NCBI GenBank assembly: GCA_028715415.1
Contig: JAQURX010000009.1
Coordinates: 11,807-75,806, forward strand
Direction of reading: 5' to 3'
Length of the DNA: 64,000 nt
DNA from: Candidatus Omnitrophota bacterium
GTDB taxonomy: Bacteria > Omnitrophota > Gorgyraeia > Gygaellales > Profunditerraquicolaceae
Positions 33,683-43,546 of the stretch are shown here, one piece after another (the stretch's first letter is position 1; each line of letters opens with the position of its first letter). Made by a program: the position numbers and the translations under genes. The notes below the pieces were generated by a model. That model saw only the letters and a list, made by a program, of their open reading frames with translations, had not been told where the DNA came from and ran no database searches.

Positions 33683-34405
33683 TTATTCTACAACCGTACC
33701 AATCTTCTCGCCCATAACTACACGCTTTATATTGCCTTCTTTATTAAGATTAAAAACAACTATCGGCAATTTATTAGTCATGCATAAAGTTACGGCTGTC
33801 GCATCCATTACATTTAAATTCTTTTTTAAAACATCAATATACACTAATCTATTAAATTTTTTAGCGGTTTTAACTTTCATCGGGTCATCAGAATAGACCC
33901 CATCTACTTTTGTTGCTTTTAATATAACATCAGCGTGTATCTCAACTGCTCTTAAAGCTGCAGCGGTGTCTGTTGTAAAATAAGGATTTCCCGTGCCTGC
34001 CACAAAAATAATAATTCTTCCCTTCTCCAAATGCCTGATCGCCCTTCTTCTAATATAAGGCTCTGCGATTCTCTGCATCTCAATTGCCGTCATAACGCGC
34101 GTCGGAAGGCCGGTCTTTTCTAATACATCCTGAAGGGCTAACCCATTGATCACAGTTGCAAGCATCCCCATATAGTCAGCAACAGACCTATCCATGTTTA
34201 ACCCTCTGGAACCGGTGTTCTCTTGCCCGCGGAATATATTTCCGGCACCCAGGACAATTGCCACCTCAACATCCATAGCCCTGATTTCTTTAATCTGACG
34301 AGCAATAGAAATTAGGACTGCCTGGTCAATACCGTGTGATTTCTTGCCCTGCAACGCTTCACCGCTTAATTTTAGGACTATTCTTTTGTAAATTGAATGA
34401 GGCAT
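33683..34405 (-). CDS. pyrH: UMP kinase
   Basis: 240 aa; [11 protein letters not shown]...GAGNIFRG motifs. Confidence 0.9.
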   Translation of the reverse strand: MPHSIYKRIVLKLSGEALQGKKSHGIDQAVLISIARQIKEIRAMDVEVAIVLGAGNIFRGQENTGSRGLNMDRSVADYMGMLATVINGLALQDVLEKTGLPTRVMTAIEMQRIAEPYIRRRAIRHLEKGRIIIFVAGTGNPYFTTDTAAALRAVEIHADVILKATKVDGVYSDDPMKVKTAKKFNRLVYIDVLKKNLNVMDATAVTLCMTNKLPIVVFNLNKEGNIKRVVMGEKIGTVVE

Positions 34406-34431
34406 TATGAAGAAAAATATGCTATTAGGAC

Positions 34432-34956
34432 TTATTCGCCAATCTTATAGCGGATAAATCTGCGGATTACAATATTTTCACCAATTTTAGAAACTATTGT
34501 TCCCAAATAATCATTGATAGTAATACTTGGATCCTTCACAAAAACTTGATCCAAAAGACAATGATTCTTATAAAAATCTTCTTTGCTCTTTTCCTGTTCC
34601 AGCACTTCTGCCGGGACTTCATCTCTTTTAATATAAAGAGGGCTTGTTGCTGCAATCTGCATGGCAACATCTTTGGTAAACTGTGTGAATTCGGCATTTC
34701 TGGCAACAAAATCAGATTCACAATCTACCTCAAGCAAAACTCCAATCTTATTCCCATGATGCACATATGATTCAATCCTGCCTTCTTTTGCGGCGCGTGA
34801 TTGCTTTTTCGCAGCAATCTCCAGGCCCTGTTTACGAAGTAAAGTTGCTGCCTTCTTAATATCCCCTGAGGTTTCTTCAAGGGCTTTCTTACAATGCGCA
34901 ACTGACGCGCAGGTTAAATCCCTTAATTCTTTGATTGCTTCAACTGGCACTTTCAT
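34432..34956 (-). CDS. tsf: elongation factor Ts (short form)
   Basis: 174 aa; [37 protein letters not shown]-like N-terminus. Confidence 0.85.
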   Translation of the reverse strand: MKVPVEAIKELRDLTCASVAHCKKALEETSGDIKKAATLLRKQGLEIAAKKQSRAAKEGRIESYVHHGNKIGVLLEVDCESDFVARNAEFTQFTKDVAMQIAATSPLYIKRDEVPAEVLEQEKSKEDFYKNHCLLDQVFVKDPSITINDYLGTIVSKIGENIVIRRFIRYKIGE

Positions 34957-34983
34957 CTCTCAAGACTTCCTTTCAATAATAAA

Positions 34984-35883
34984 TTATATTTTTTTTCTTA
35001 GTTTTGGCTTCTCGTCAACCGGTTTTGCGCGACCCTTCTTTAAAAGCTTGGCTTCATCGGTATCCGGTTCGGTAGTTTCTACTAATTCTTCAATCTCTTT
35101 GATTTTTACCTCTTCCTCTGGAAGGACTATCGGAGCAATCTCTTCTTCCTTTTTCTCCTCTTTCTTTGCCGCAACGCCTTCCTGCGACAAATAAGATAAG
35201 AATTTCTTCCTTCCTTCAATAATAGTATCGGCGATTATAGAAGTAACTGCCTTGATTGATTTCGTAGCGTCATCATTTCCCGGAATAGGAAAACTCACAT
35301 AATCGGGATTTGAATTAGTGTCAATCAATGCGATTATCGGGATACCTAATCTATTTGCTTCTTTAACTGCAGTATCTTCCTTTTTAGTATCTACGATGAA
35401 CATCGCTTTTGGAGAACGTTCCATTTTGACGATACCAGAGAAATTCTTGTTAAGCTTAGCTAATTCTTTTTCTAAGCGAGCTACTTCTTTCTTGGTAAGC
35501 TTTTCAAATGTTCCGTCCTCGCGCATCTTTTCAATTTCCTTCAGGCGGTTTATGCTCTTCTTTATTGTAGCAAAATTGGTAAGCAATCCTCCCGGCCAGC
35601 GTTCAGTGACATAATACATGCCGCTTCTTATCGCTTCCTGCTGGACTACTTCCTGAGCCTGCTTTTTTGTGCCCACAAAAAGGACAAATTCCCCTTTTGA
35701 AGCTATATCCATCAGGAAATCTCTCGCACGGTTTAAACATTCTTCGGTTTTTTCCAAATCAATGATATAGATTTTGCTTCTTTCGCCAAAAATAAATTTC
35801 TTCATTTTAGGGTTCCAGCGTTTTGTCTGGTGCCCAAAATGTACTCCTGCCTCTAAAAGTTGTTTGATTAATTCTGAAGCCAC
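34984..35883 (-). CDS. rpsB: 30S ribosomal protein S2 with Lys/Glu-rich C-terminal extension
   Basis: 299 aa; LLEAGVHFGHQTKRWNPKM core plus an extension of about 60 aa. Confidence 0.9.
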   Translation of the reverse strand: MASELIKQLLEAGVHFGHQTKRWNPKMKKFIFGERSKIYIIDLEKTEECLNRARDFLMDIASKGEFVLFVGTKKQAQEVVQQEAIRSGMYYVTERWPGGLLTNFATIKKSINRLKEIEKMREDGTFEKLTKKEVARLEKELAKLNKNFSGIVKMERSPKAMFIVDTKKEDTAVKEANRLGIPIIALIDTNSNPDYVSFPIPGNDDATKSIKAVTSIIADTIIEGRKKFLSYLSQEGVAAKKEEKKEEEIAPIVLPEEEVKIKEIEELVETTEPDTDEAKLLKKGRAKPVDEKPKLRKKI

Positions 35884-36077
35884 TCTTTATTCCCCCTTCT
35901 TTGTTAACTCCAAGCTTTAAACCTTAATTAAAAGGCTTTTATCCCAAAATTTGTTTGTTTTTGGCAAACTGCTTTGAAAAAAGTTAACAAAAACTATGAT
36001 TGTTAATTTTAACTCATGCCATACCTTTAGGCACATAGTTAATTCTATCAGTATAACACAAAAATGTTTCTTTGCAA

Positions 36078-37868
36078 CTATTTTTGTAACTCTTGCATCT
36101 GGTAAAGCCGTTTATATAAACCTTCTTTATTCAGTAATTCTGTATGGCTACCCTGCTCAACGATTAAACCTTTATCTAAAACAACGATTGTTTGTGCATT
36201 ACGCACAGTTGAAAGCCTATGAGCTATAACAAATACGGTTCTTCCTTGTATTAACCTGTCTAATGCCGCCTGTACAATCCGCTCTGCCTGAGAATCTAAT
36301 TGAGAGGTAGCCTCATCCAGGATTAGAATAGGTGGATTTTTAAGTAGCGCCCTTGCAATAGCTATTCTTTGACGCTCTCCCCCTGAAAGCCGCATTCCTC
36401 TGTCACCGATTACCGTGTTATAACCATTTGGCGTATGCTTAATAAATTCATGTGCGTGCGCCTGAGTTGCTGCATCTTCAATTTGGCTGTCCGTAGCTTC
36501 AGGATGGCCATAAGCAATATTAGCTCTTATAGTATCGTTAAATAATATAGTCTCCTGCGTAACTATACCGATTTGCTCCCGAAGAGACTTTAAGCTTACT
36601 TCCTTTATATCTATTCCGTCAATAAGAATCCTTCCATTAACGGGGTCGTAAAAACGCGGGATTAGGTCTACCATCGTGGTTTTTCCTGACCCGCTCGGGC
36701 CGACAATAGCCAACATTGAACCTTTCCTAACCTCTAAATTAACACCTTTTAAGATTTCATTATCCGCATATTTAAACCAAACGTTTTCAAAAGCTACTTT
36801 TTCTTTAAAATTTCCCAACTCTAAAGCGCCTTTCTTTTCAACTACGCTTGGGTTTGTTTCCAAAACTTCGTAAATTCTCTCGCTAGCTGCCACTGCCTGC
36901 TGGTTTAATGAATGCACCTGGCTTAATTTCTTAAACGGCCTGATTAATGAAAGTAGTGACCCTAGGAATAAACCGAATACACCAAAAGACAGTTTTCCTG
37001 CAATTACCTCTCTTCCTCCCCAGAAAAAGACCGTTACACCGGCAATACACCCTAATATTTCCGTACTAGGGCTCAAAAGCAGCAACTTCTTTATAGACTT
37101 CATAGTGATTTTATAATAATCTTGATTAACGCGGTTAAATTTTTTAATCTCGTATGGCTCCATATTAAAAGCTTTAACAATCCTTGCGCCGATTATAGTC
37201 TCATAAAGCAAGGAGTTGATATCAGCCATCTTTTCTTGGGAGCTTCTTGAGAGCTTCCTTAATTTTTTCCCGACCATAACGATAGGCATGCTGATAAGCG
37301 GAACTAAAATAATTGATATAACCGCCATCTTTAAATAAATGAAAAAGGTTAAGAAAGCGAATATAACAACCTGAAGCGTTTGATAAACGATGTCCGTTGA
37401 GCCATAAGAAACCGCGTTTTCCACGATTTTCACATCATTAGTGATTCTTGAGATCATTTCTCCGCCGCGCTTATGGGTGTAATAATCCAAGGAAAGATGT
37501 TGGAACTTGTCGTAGAGCTTAGCCCGGATATCCCGCACAACCCGCTGGCCTATGTCGGACATTAAATAACTTTGTAGGAAACCAAATAACCCCTTAAAAA
37601 CAAACATCAAAACAATGCCTATCGCCATATAATTAAGCATATCTGCTGATGGGGTAGCGTTTATTTTATCTATAAAGCTAGAAAGAAAAGGCGGTAACTT
37701 GGTTGGAATAATAATCTGTTTATTAGTTAAGACCTTATCCGACAAAGGCACAATCATTGCCAGCTGGAATCCGTCAAAAATCGCGGAAAACGCCATACAG
37801 ACAATTGCAATAGAGAACTTACCTATATATGGCCGGACAAATCTTAGTAACTTCAAATAATCCCGCAT
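36078..37868 (-). CDS. ABC transporter permease/ATPase, MsbA-like lipid exporter
   Basis: 596 aa; 6-TM domain plus Walker A GPSGSGKTT, signature LSGGERQ and Walker B ILILDEATS. Confidence 0.8.
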   Translation of the reverse strand: MRDYLKLLRFVRPYIGKFSIAIVCMAFSAIFDGFQLAMIVPLSDKVLTNKQIIIPTKLPPFLSSFIDKINATPSADMLNYMAIGIVLMFVFKGLFGFLQSYLMSDIGQRVVRDIRAKLYDKFQHLSLDYYTHKRGGEMISRITNDVKIVENAVSYGSTDIVYQTLQVVIFAFLTFFIYLKMAVISIILVPLISMPIVMVGKKLRKLSRSSQEKMADINSLLYETIIGARIVKAFNMEPYEIKKFNRVNQDYYKITMKSIKKLLLLSPSTEILGCIAGVTVFFWGGREVIAGKLSFGVFGLFLGSLLSLIRPFKKLSQVHSLNQQAVAASERIYEVLETNPSVVEKKGALELGNFKEKVAFENVWFKYADNEILKGVNLEVRKGSMLAIVGPSGSGKTTMVDLIPRFYDPVNGRILIDGIDIKEVSLKSLREQIGIVTQETILFNDTIRANIAYGHPEATDSQIEDAATQAHAHEFIKHTPNGYNTVIGDRGMRLSGGERQRIAIARALLKNPPILILDEATSQLDSQAERIVQAALDRLIQGRTVFVIAHRLSTVRNAQTIVVLDKGLIVEQGSHTELLNKEGLYKRLYQMQELQK

Positions 37869-37948
37869 GTTTCATTCCTCCCAAAAAGAAAGTGTATTGT
37901 AGCACAATCACCCTATGTATGCAAATTATTTTAGTTGCCCACATCTTT

Positions 37949-38027
37949 GTCGTTCCCGCAATCTTTTTGTCATTCCCGCGAAAGCGGGAATCTACTATTT
38001 AGCCTGGATCCCTGCTTTCGCAGGGAT
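37949..38027. promoter_or_regulatory. pair of inverted GAAA-loop palindromes plus a half-site direct repeat in the divergent intergenic region
   Basis: ATTCCCGC-GAAA-GCGGGAAT (37972-37991) and, on the opposite strand, ATCCCTGC-GAAA-GCAGGGAT (38008-38027). A GTC(G/A)TTCCCGC half-site repeats at 37949 and 37969. Lies between the msbA-like start and the oxidoreductase/lpxB start. Confidence 0.45.
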
Positions 38028-38073
38028 GACATTTTAGTTGCAAAACCTCCCCTGCTTTGTTATTATGCTTAAC

Positions 38074-39000
38074 ATGGATAAAATAAGAGTAGGAGTAATT
38101 GGGGTTGGGCATTTAGGCAGTATACACGCAAAAATCTATAAAGATATCAAAAACTGCACTTTGGCTGGAGTCTGCGATACTGACGCGAAGCGGCTTCAAG
38201 AAATATCTAGAAATTTACGCGTCCCTGCTTTTTCCGATTTTCACCAATTTTTCGGCAAAGTTGACGCGATAAGCGTTGCTGTTCCAACTAAATTCCATTA
38301 TGAGGTTGCAAAAACTTGCCTAGAAAATAATACTCATATACTTGTAGAAAAGCCTTTTACTACCAATCTTGAAGAAGCTGACGCGCTAATTAAGCTTGCC
38401 AAAGAAAAAAATCTTATATTACAAGTTGGCCACATTGAGCGTTTTAATTCCGCTTTCTCAGCAACACAAAAATTAATCAAAGATCCTAAGTTTATTGAAT
38501 GCCATCGTCTAAGCCCGTTTCCAAATCGTTCTTTGGATGTTGGAGCTGTGCTTGATATTATGATCCACGATATTGATATAATTTTAGGCCTCGTCCCCTC
38601 TCCTGTTGAAAAGATTGAATCCGTAGGCATAAATGTTTTAACTCAGTTTGAGGATATCGCAAATGCTCGCATTACATTTAAAAATGGCTGTGTAGCAAAT
38701 TTAACCGCAAGCAGGATCTCCGATGAATTTATGCGTAAAATCCGGATTTTTCAGGAAGCAACATACATCTCCCTTGATTACAAAGATGCCAAAGCCTGCA
38801 TTTATAAAAAAACCGGCTATTCAATTTCAAAAGATAACATCCCTATTGAAAAAGAACAGCCTCTGCAAAAAGAGCTTCAAGCCTTCATTGATTGCGTGCA
38901 AAATCATAAAGAGCCTTTAGTTTCAGGAGAAGTAGCCAGAGAAGCCCTTGCAGTTGCACTCATAATCCAAAACCAGATATGGCAGAAAAACAAATCCTAA
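38074..39000 (+). CDS. Gfo/Idh/MocA-family NAD(P)-dependent oxidoreductase (GnnA-like candidate); start taken as MDKIRVG, not the upstream in-frame ATG at 38038
   Basis: MDKIRVGVIGVGHLGSIHAKIY Rossmann N-terminus and ...LVEKP... consensus. 22-nt overlap with lpxB. Confidence 0.7.
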   Translation: MDKIRVGVIGVGHLGSIHAKIYKDIKNCTLAGVCDTDAKRLQEISRNLRVPAFSDFHQFFGKVDAISVAVPTKFHYEVAKTCLENNTHILVEKPFTTNLEEADALIKLAKEKNLILQVGHIERFNSAFSATQKLIKDPKFIECHRLSPFPNRSLDVGAVLDIMIHDIDIILGLVPSPVEKIESVGINVLTQFEDIANARITFKNGCVANLTASRISDEFMRKIRIFQEATYISLDYKDAKACIYKKTGYSISKDNIPIEKEQPLQKELQAFIDCVQNHKEPLVSGEVAREALAVALIIQNQIWQKNKS

Positions 39001-40112
39001 TTGTCTGCGGGGAAGCCTCAGGCGATTTAAACGCAGCCAACCTTGCAAAAAATATCCTTAAGATTAATCCTAAAATTAAAATCTTTGCAGTTGGCGGGAA
39101 CTTGCTTAAACAGGCGGGCGCGGAAATCATTTATGACATAAAAGATCTTTCAGTAATGGGGTTTTTTGATGTTTTAAAGAAACTCCCTAATTTCTTCGCT
39201 CTTAAAAAATTCGTTTTAGAAAAAATAGCTCGTATCAAACCCGACTTAATAATCTTGGTTGATTTCTCCGGATTTAATTTAAGGCTTGCCAAAGATATTA
39301 ATAAATCAATCCCGATAATTTACTATATTAGCCCGCAGGTCTGGGCGTCGCGAGCTGGCAGGATAAATACTATAAAAGAATATATTTCAAAGATGATTGT
39401 TCTTTTTAAATTTGAGGAAGATTTCTACAAAAAACATGGTGTTAATGTTGACCTAACAGGACACCCCCTTCTTGATATAGTAAAGCCTTCTATGGATAAA
39501 AATGACTTTATTTCCAAATATTACATATCTGGAGCAAAAAAAACAATTGCTATTTTACCCGGTTCGCGCAAAGCTGAAATTAAAAACATCCTGCCAATTA
39601 TGCTTGAGGCTGCAGAAATTTTAAGCAAAAAAATCCCGGATATTCAGTTTGTTATTGCAAAATCTCCACAGGTAGATATGAAAGACTATAAATCCATTAT
39701 GAGTAGCTTTAACTTTGATATTAAAATTATCGAAGGGAAAACTTACGATTGTTTAAATGTCGCAGATTTCTGCTTTGTCTGCTCGGGTACAGCAACCCTT
39801 GAAACAGCTATCATGCAAAAACCATTCTGTATTATCTACAAGATGAATTTGCTAAATTACTTATTGTACCGTCCGCAGGTAAAAATTCCTTTCATCGGGA
39901 TGGTTAATATTGTTGCCGATAAATTGATTGTTCCTGAATTTATCCAATTCCGTGCAAGGCCCGAAGATATTGCAGAAAAAACATTGGAGATAATAAATTT
40001 ACCTTCCGAAATTAACCGCATCAAAGACGAACTTGCTAAAGTTAAAGACTCCCTCGGAGAAACTGGTGCAAGCGCCCGCGCCGCAAAAATCGTCGTAGAT
40101 TATCTAAAATAA
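38979..40112 (+). CDS. lpxB: lipid-A-disaccharide synthase
   Basis: 377 aa; ILIVCGEASGDLNAANLAKNI matches the LpxB GT19 N-terminus. Confidence 0.85.
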   Translation: MAEKQILIVCGEASGDLNAANLAKNILKINPKIKIFAVGGNLLKQAGAEIIYDIKDLSVMGFFDVLKKLPNFFALKKFVLEKIARIKPDLIILVDFSGFNLRLAKDINKSIPIIYYISPQVWASRAGRINTIKEYISKMIVLFKFEEDFYKKHGVNVDLTGHPLLDIVKPSMDKNDFISKYYISGAKKTIAILPGSRKAEIKNILPIMLEAAEILSKKIPDIQFVIAKSPQVDMKDYKSIMSSFNFDIKIIEGKTYDCLNVADFCFVCSGTATLETAIMQKPFCIIYKMNLLNYLLYRPQVKIPFIGMVNIVADKLIVPEFIQFRARPEDIAEKTLEIINLPSEINRIKDELAKVKDSLGETGASARAAKIVVDYLK

Positions 40113-40172
40113 AGGGGACGGTTCTATTTTTGTTCTTCTTCAAATTAAAAAATAGAACCGTCCCCTTTATTT
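40107..40172. terminator. perfect 25-bp palindrome (two inverted REP-like copies) between convergent lpxB and the cargo gene; bidirectional terminator / BIME-like
   Basis: Arms 40107-40131 and 40148-40172 (AAATAAAGGGGACGGTTCTATTTTT) with a 16-nt loop. The TAA stops of both convergent genes lie symmetrically inside the arms. Confidence 0.75.
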
Positions 40173-41306
40173 CTCATTTAATGAATTCTCAAGAATAACA
40201 ACAGGACTCTTCCCAAAAGTAATTAAACCTATCTGAAATGTATTTAAATCAAATAGAATAATTTGATTATCCCCCAACTGACAAATAACCTGATCATTTG
40301 GTAATACTGTTACTTTAGTCACTGGCCACATTAAAAAAGGAGTCTCAAGAGCAATCCGTAAGGACTTTCCTGTATGTATATTGTCCGCCCGCAATCCTTC
40401 TATAGCCCAACTTCCCGCATAAACATACCAATCACGCTCATTTTCTGCTCTAAAATCAATAGGTTCCCGACTATAAGGCCCGATATCTGAACTACAAGGT
40501 TCATTTGCAGCCGTCATTCCATTAATATCATCTAACAAAACTCTTGAATAATCATAATAAAGCTCGGATTTCTTATTATATTCAAACCAATTAATACTTA
40601 ATTTCCCTTTGCCTCCTTTATTGCAGATGTAAAGCGTTGCTCCGAGTTCATCTTTAAGCATAAATTCTTTAACTTTTTCCTTAGAACTACCGTCTGCTCT
40701 AATTCTATACAAACCGTCACAATCCGAAGAAACATAATAAACCCAAGCATTATTAGATTTAAGAAAAAATGCCGGTTTATCAACTTTGGTTTTAGTTATT
40801 AAACTTACTCCACTAACAGAAAGATAAATAGGTATGAATATACCATAGGATATTGTCTGTAAAACAATACTAGCCTTGAATGATAGCCTATCTCGATCGG
40901 TTTTTTCTTTCATAATCCAAAAACAAAAAGGCCATTCAATAAAGATTGTTAATACGTAAGAGAACAATAAGATAAATACAAGCATACAAAAAACATTGTT
41001 TATTGAAACGAAATTGTCAACTATTCCTTGCGAGAAAATTATCCCAATTACTCCAATAATCATTGAAAAGTAATTTGCTAATATCATTATTAAAATACTT
41101 CTCATTGTTTTCGTTCCAAAATAACGAACTAGGATTTTTCCTTCAATTACACCAATGAGAGTATTACCTAAAAGCAAATGACCGACACCTAACCATAACA
41201 AAGCTGTTCCTGCATTTGCACAGGCAAAAGAAGGATAAGCAAATAAAACAGCTAAGAAAAACAAACTAGCAAACCTTACTTTTAACTTATTCACATCTTT
41301 CTCCAT
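40167..41306 (-). CDS. hypothetical membrane protein (N-terminal 4-5 TM helices, C-terminal soluble domain); cargo gene next to the RAYT
   Basis: 379 aa ORF. The C-terminal YY/DG-rich region resembles beta-propeller-type repeats. No enzymatic motif recognised. Confidence 0.5.
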   Translation of the reverse strand: MEKDVNKLKVRFASLFFLAVLFAYPSFACANAGTALLWLGVGHLLLGNTLIGVIEGKILVRYFGTKTMRSILIMILANYFSMIIGVIGIIFSQGIVDNFVSINNVFCMLVFILLFSYVLTIFIEWPFCFWIMKEKTDRDRLSFKASIVLQTISYGIFIPIYLSVSGVSLITKTKVDKPAFFLKSNNAWVYYVSSDCDGLYRIRADGSSKEKVKEFMLKDELGATLYICNKGGKGKLSINWFEYNKKSELYYDYSRVLLDDINGMTAANEPCSSDIGPYSREPIDFRAENERDWYVYAGSWAIEGLRADNIHTGKSLRIALETPFLMWPVTKVTVLPNDQVICQLGDNQIILFDLNTFQIGLITFGKSPVVILENSLNEK

Positions 41307-41345
41307 TCTGCTAAACTATTTCTTACCAAGAAAAAAATGACGGTT

Positions 41346-42023
41346 CTAATATTTGTCTTTGGGCGGCCTTCCTTTGCTATCTCTCCTATTCTTCGTCTGA
41401 TAATATTCCTGTAACTTATCGATAAAAGCTTGGCTGCCAATATACAGTTTTTTCGCGAGTACATCTGAATTAATTATACTGCCATCAATTACAAAATCAA
41501 TAAATTGCTTTTGCCTTGAGGTAGCGGAATCAGATAATCCCAAATAAGCCGGGCTTAGGGTAATAAGCGAATCTGGTTTACCTTTCGCATAGCAATTATA
41601 ACTAGAGAAACGATACTCTGCTGGATGGCTGACCACTCCCGCGCGCACAGGATTCAGTTCAATATATTTTCCGCACTGTAATAGATAAGAATCGACCTCA
41701 ATAATGTTGCTTTTAAACCTATCTTGCCATAAATGGCCACAGTAATCATATAATTTACTATAATAATAAAAGTAAGTTAAATTTAGCTGTTTCATGAATC
41801 TTGACAATTTACTTTCCGGCTTAAGATTTAAGATTAAGTGAACATGATTATCCATCAAACAGTAATGTAAAATATCTATTTTATTTTCATTCTTTAATTC
41901 ATTTAACAAAGAATAATACCTTAATTTATCATTATCACAATGAAATACATTATTCTTGTTATTCCCCCTACAAATAACATGTAAAGCTGAATTACAAGAG
42001 ACTATTCGTTTAATCCTTGGCAT
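41346..42023 (-). mobile_element. REP-associated tyrosine transposase (RAYT, IS200-like Y1 HUH transposase)
   Basis: 225 aa. HUH motif NHVHLIL, catalytic-Tyr region EYRFSSY and the RGNN...LWQDRFKS...YIELNPVRAG pattern match the TnpA_REP / IS200 transposase family. Confidence 0.8.
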
Positions 42024-42087
42024 AAAAAATCCCTCCTTCTACTATAATAGACGTAGAAAAAGGGCAAATCTAACAGATTTATTTTAG

Positions 42088-42112
42088 AAAAATAGAACCG
42101 TCCCCTTTATTT
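42088..42112 (-). repeat. REP-like 25-nt motif copy, providing the stop codon of the M48 peptidase gene
   Basis: Identical to 40148-40172. On the minus strand, AAA-TAA-AGGGGACGGTTCTATTTTT follows the last Lys codon. Confidence 0.8.
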
Positions 42113-43216
42113 TGCTAATTTGATGCGTTCGTCAATCGGCGGGTGGTCGAAGAAAAAGAATTTAATTATTGGGTGAGGATTTCTGTCTGCGAGGTTTTGG
42201 GTTGCAAGCTTATCCATCGTAGAAATAAAAGCTTCTTTCATACCCGTGGTCTTTAGTGCAAGTTTATCTGCTTCTCTCTCAAGCACTCTGCTATAAAAAC
42301 ATGTTAAAGGCTGTGAAATTACTCCAAATAAAACGAAATAAATAAAAACTATTGGCAAAGCTGATATCTGAGACAAAGAATCAAACCCGAATAAATTCAA
42401 AACAAAATGATTTGTAATAAAAATAAGATAGAAAACCAGAAAAGTTGCCAACGAATTAACAATTATCAACTTCGTAAGATGTTTAAGCTTATAGTGAGCA
42501 AATTCGTGCGCTAAGATAACCTCTATTTCCTCCTGAGAATATTTATCCTTGAGCGTATCAGCCAATAAAACTCTTCTTGAGCGGCCTAAGCCTACAAAAG
42601 CAGCATTAGCCTTAAGCGATTTTGAGCTTAAATCAATTTCAAAACAATCCAGCAAACTAACTCCCATTTTCTTAGCCAAATTCATAATCCTCTCTCTTAA
42701 GCTCTCATCTGAGAGTTTCTTATACTTAAAGAATAAAGGGATTATAATCGTGGGAGTTAACTTTGCTAAAATTAAGCTAAAAAGTATCCAAAACAAAGAA
42801 ATTACCAGCCACCAGTTCTGCTGGAAACGATTCAGGATAAAATAAAATGCCGATAACAAGACTAGGCCAATAATATACGAAAGAATAAACGACTTTAACT
42901 GATCAATAAACCAATTACTTAGTTTTTGATTTGAGAGGTTAAATTTGTGCTCTACGTAATACGAACCGTAGAAATTAAGCGGGAAACTAAAAAATAGATA
43001 AATAACTGATAAAAGGAATAAATAGGCAGGAATTACAAAATAGTTATTCGCAGACAGGCTTAAAACAAAAAGCGCCAGATTCTTAGAAAACCCTAAACCA
43101 ACAAAAACAAACAAAAGCACCAGTAAATATATTGTATCAATAATTACTAGTGCATATTTTAAGGAAGAATACTCTTTTGCTTTACCAAGAGTATCTTCCT
43201 TAACCTGAGAATTCAT
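42107..43216 (-). CDS. M48-family zinc metallopeptidase (HtpX/Ste24-like), polytopic
   Basis: 369 aa; HEFAHYKLKH HExxH motif and multiple TM helices. Confidence 0.75.
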   Translation of the reverse strand: MNSQVKEDTLGKAKEYSSLKYALVIIDTIYLLVLLFVFVGLGFSKNLALFVLSLSANNYFVIPAYLFLLSVIYLFFSFPLNFYGSYYVEHKFNLSNQKLSNWFIDQLKSFILSYIIGLVLLSAFYFILNRFQQNWWLVISLFWILFSLILAKLTPTIIIPLFFKYKKLSDESLRERIMNLAKKMGVSLLDCFEIDLSSKSLKANAAFVGLGRSRRVLLADTLKDKYSQEEIEVILAHEFAHYKLKHLTKLIIVNSLATFLVFYLIFITNHFVLNLFGFDSLSQISALPIVFIYFVLFGVISQPLTCFYSRVLEREADKLALKTTGMKEAFISTMDKLATQNLADRNPHPIIKFFFFDHPPIDERIKLAK

Positions 43217-43470
43217 TACTTTTTGGGCTTTTCTTTAACAATAGTTGGCTGGACGTTAATAAAAGTACGCAATTTACCATGGCTGGTCTTCTTTTTTGTG
43301 AAATAAACCTTACCTGGGCAAAGAGCGAAGATTGTTCCAAGCCCTTTTACGTTAACTCCGGGCTTATAAGTAGTAAGGCCCCTTGCGATAATCTGGCCAG
43401 TTTTTACCGTAGTTCCGGTTGAAGCTTTAATCCCTCTGTCTCTTTTTCTCGTTGAAAATCCACCTGCCAT
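43216..43470 (-). CDS. rpmA: 50S ribosomal protein L27
   Basis: 84 aa; GQIIARGLTTYKPGVNVKG...TIFALCPGKVYF follows the L27 pattern GSIIVRQRGTKFHAGANVG...TLFAKADGKVKF. Confidence 0.7.
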   Translation of the reverse strand: MAGGFSTRKRDRGIKASTGTTVKTGQIIARGLTTYKPGVNVKGLGTIFALCPGKVYFTKKKTSHGKLRTFINVQPTIVKEKPKK

Positions 43471-43546
43471 TTTGATGCCTCCTTAAATAATAGTTTAGTT
43501 GAAAGAATTGAAAATTTTTAGGAAAAGCTATAATACCACAAAATTA

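Noticed and set aside
38038-38073. ATG at 38038 as start of the Gfo/Idh/MocA gene
   Set aside because: It would add a 12-aa hydrophobic leader (MQNLPCFVIMLN) before the canonical Rossmann N-terminus MDKIRVGVIGVG. The internal Met at 38074 matches family N-termini.
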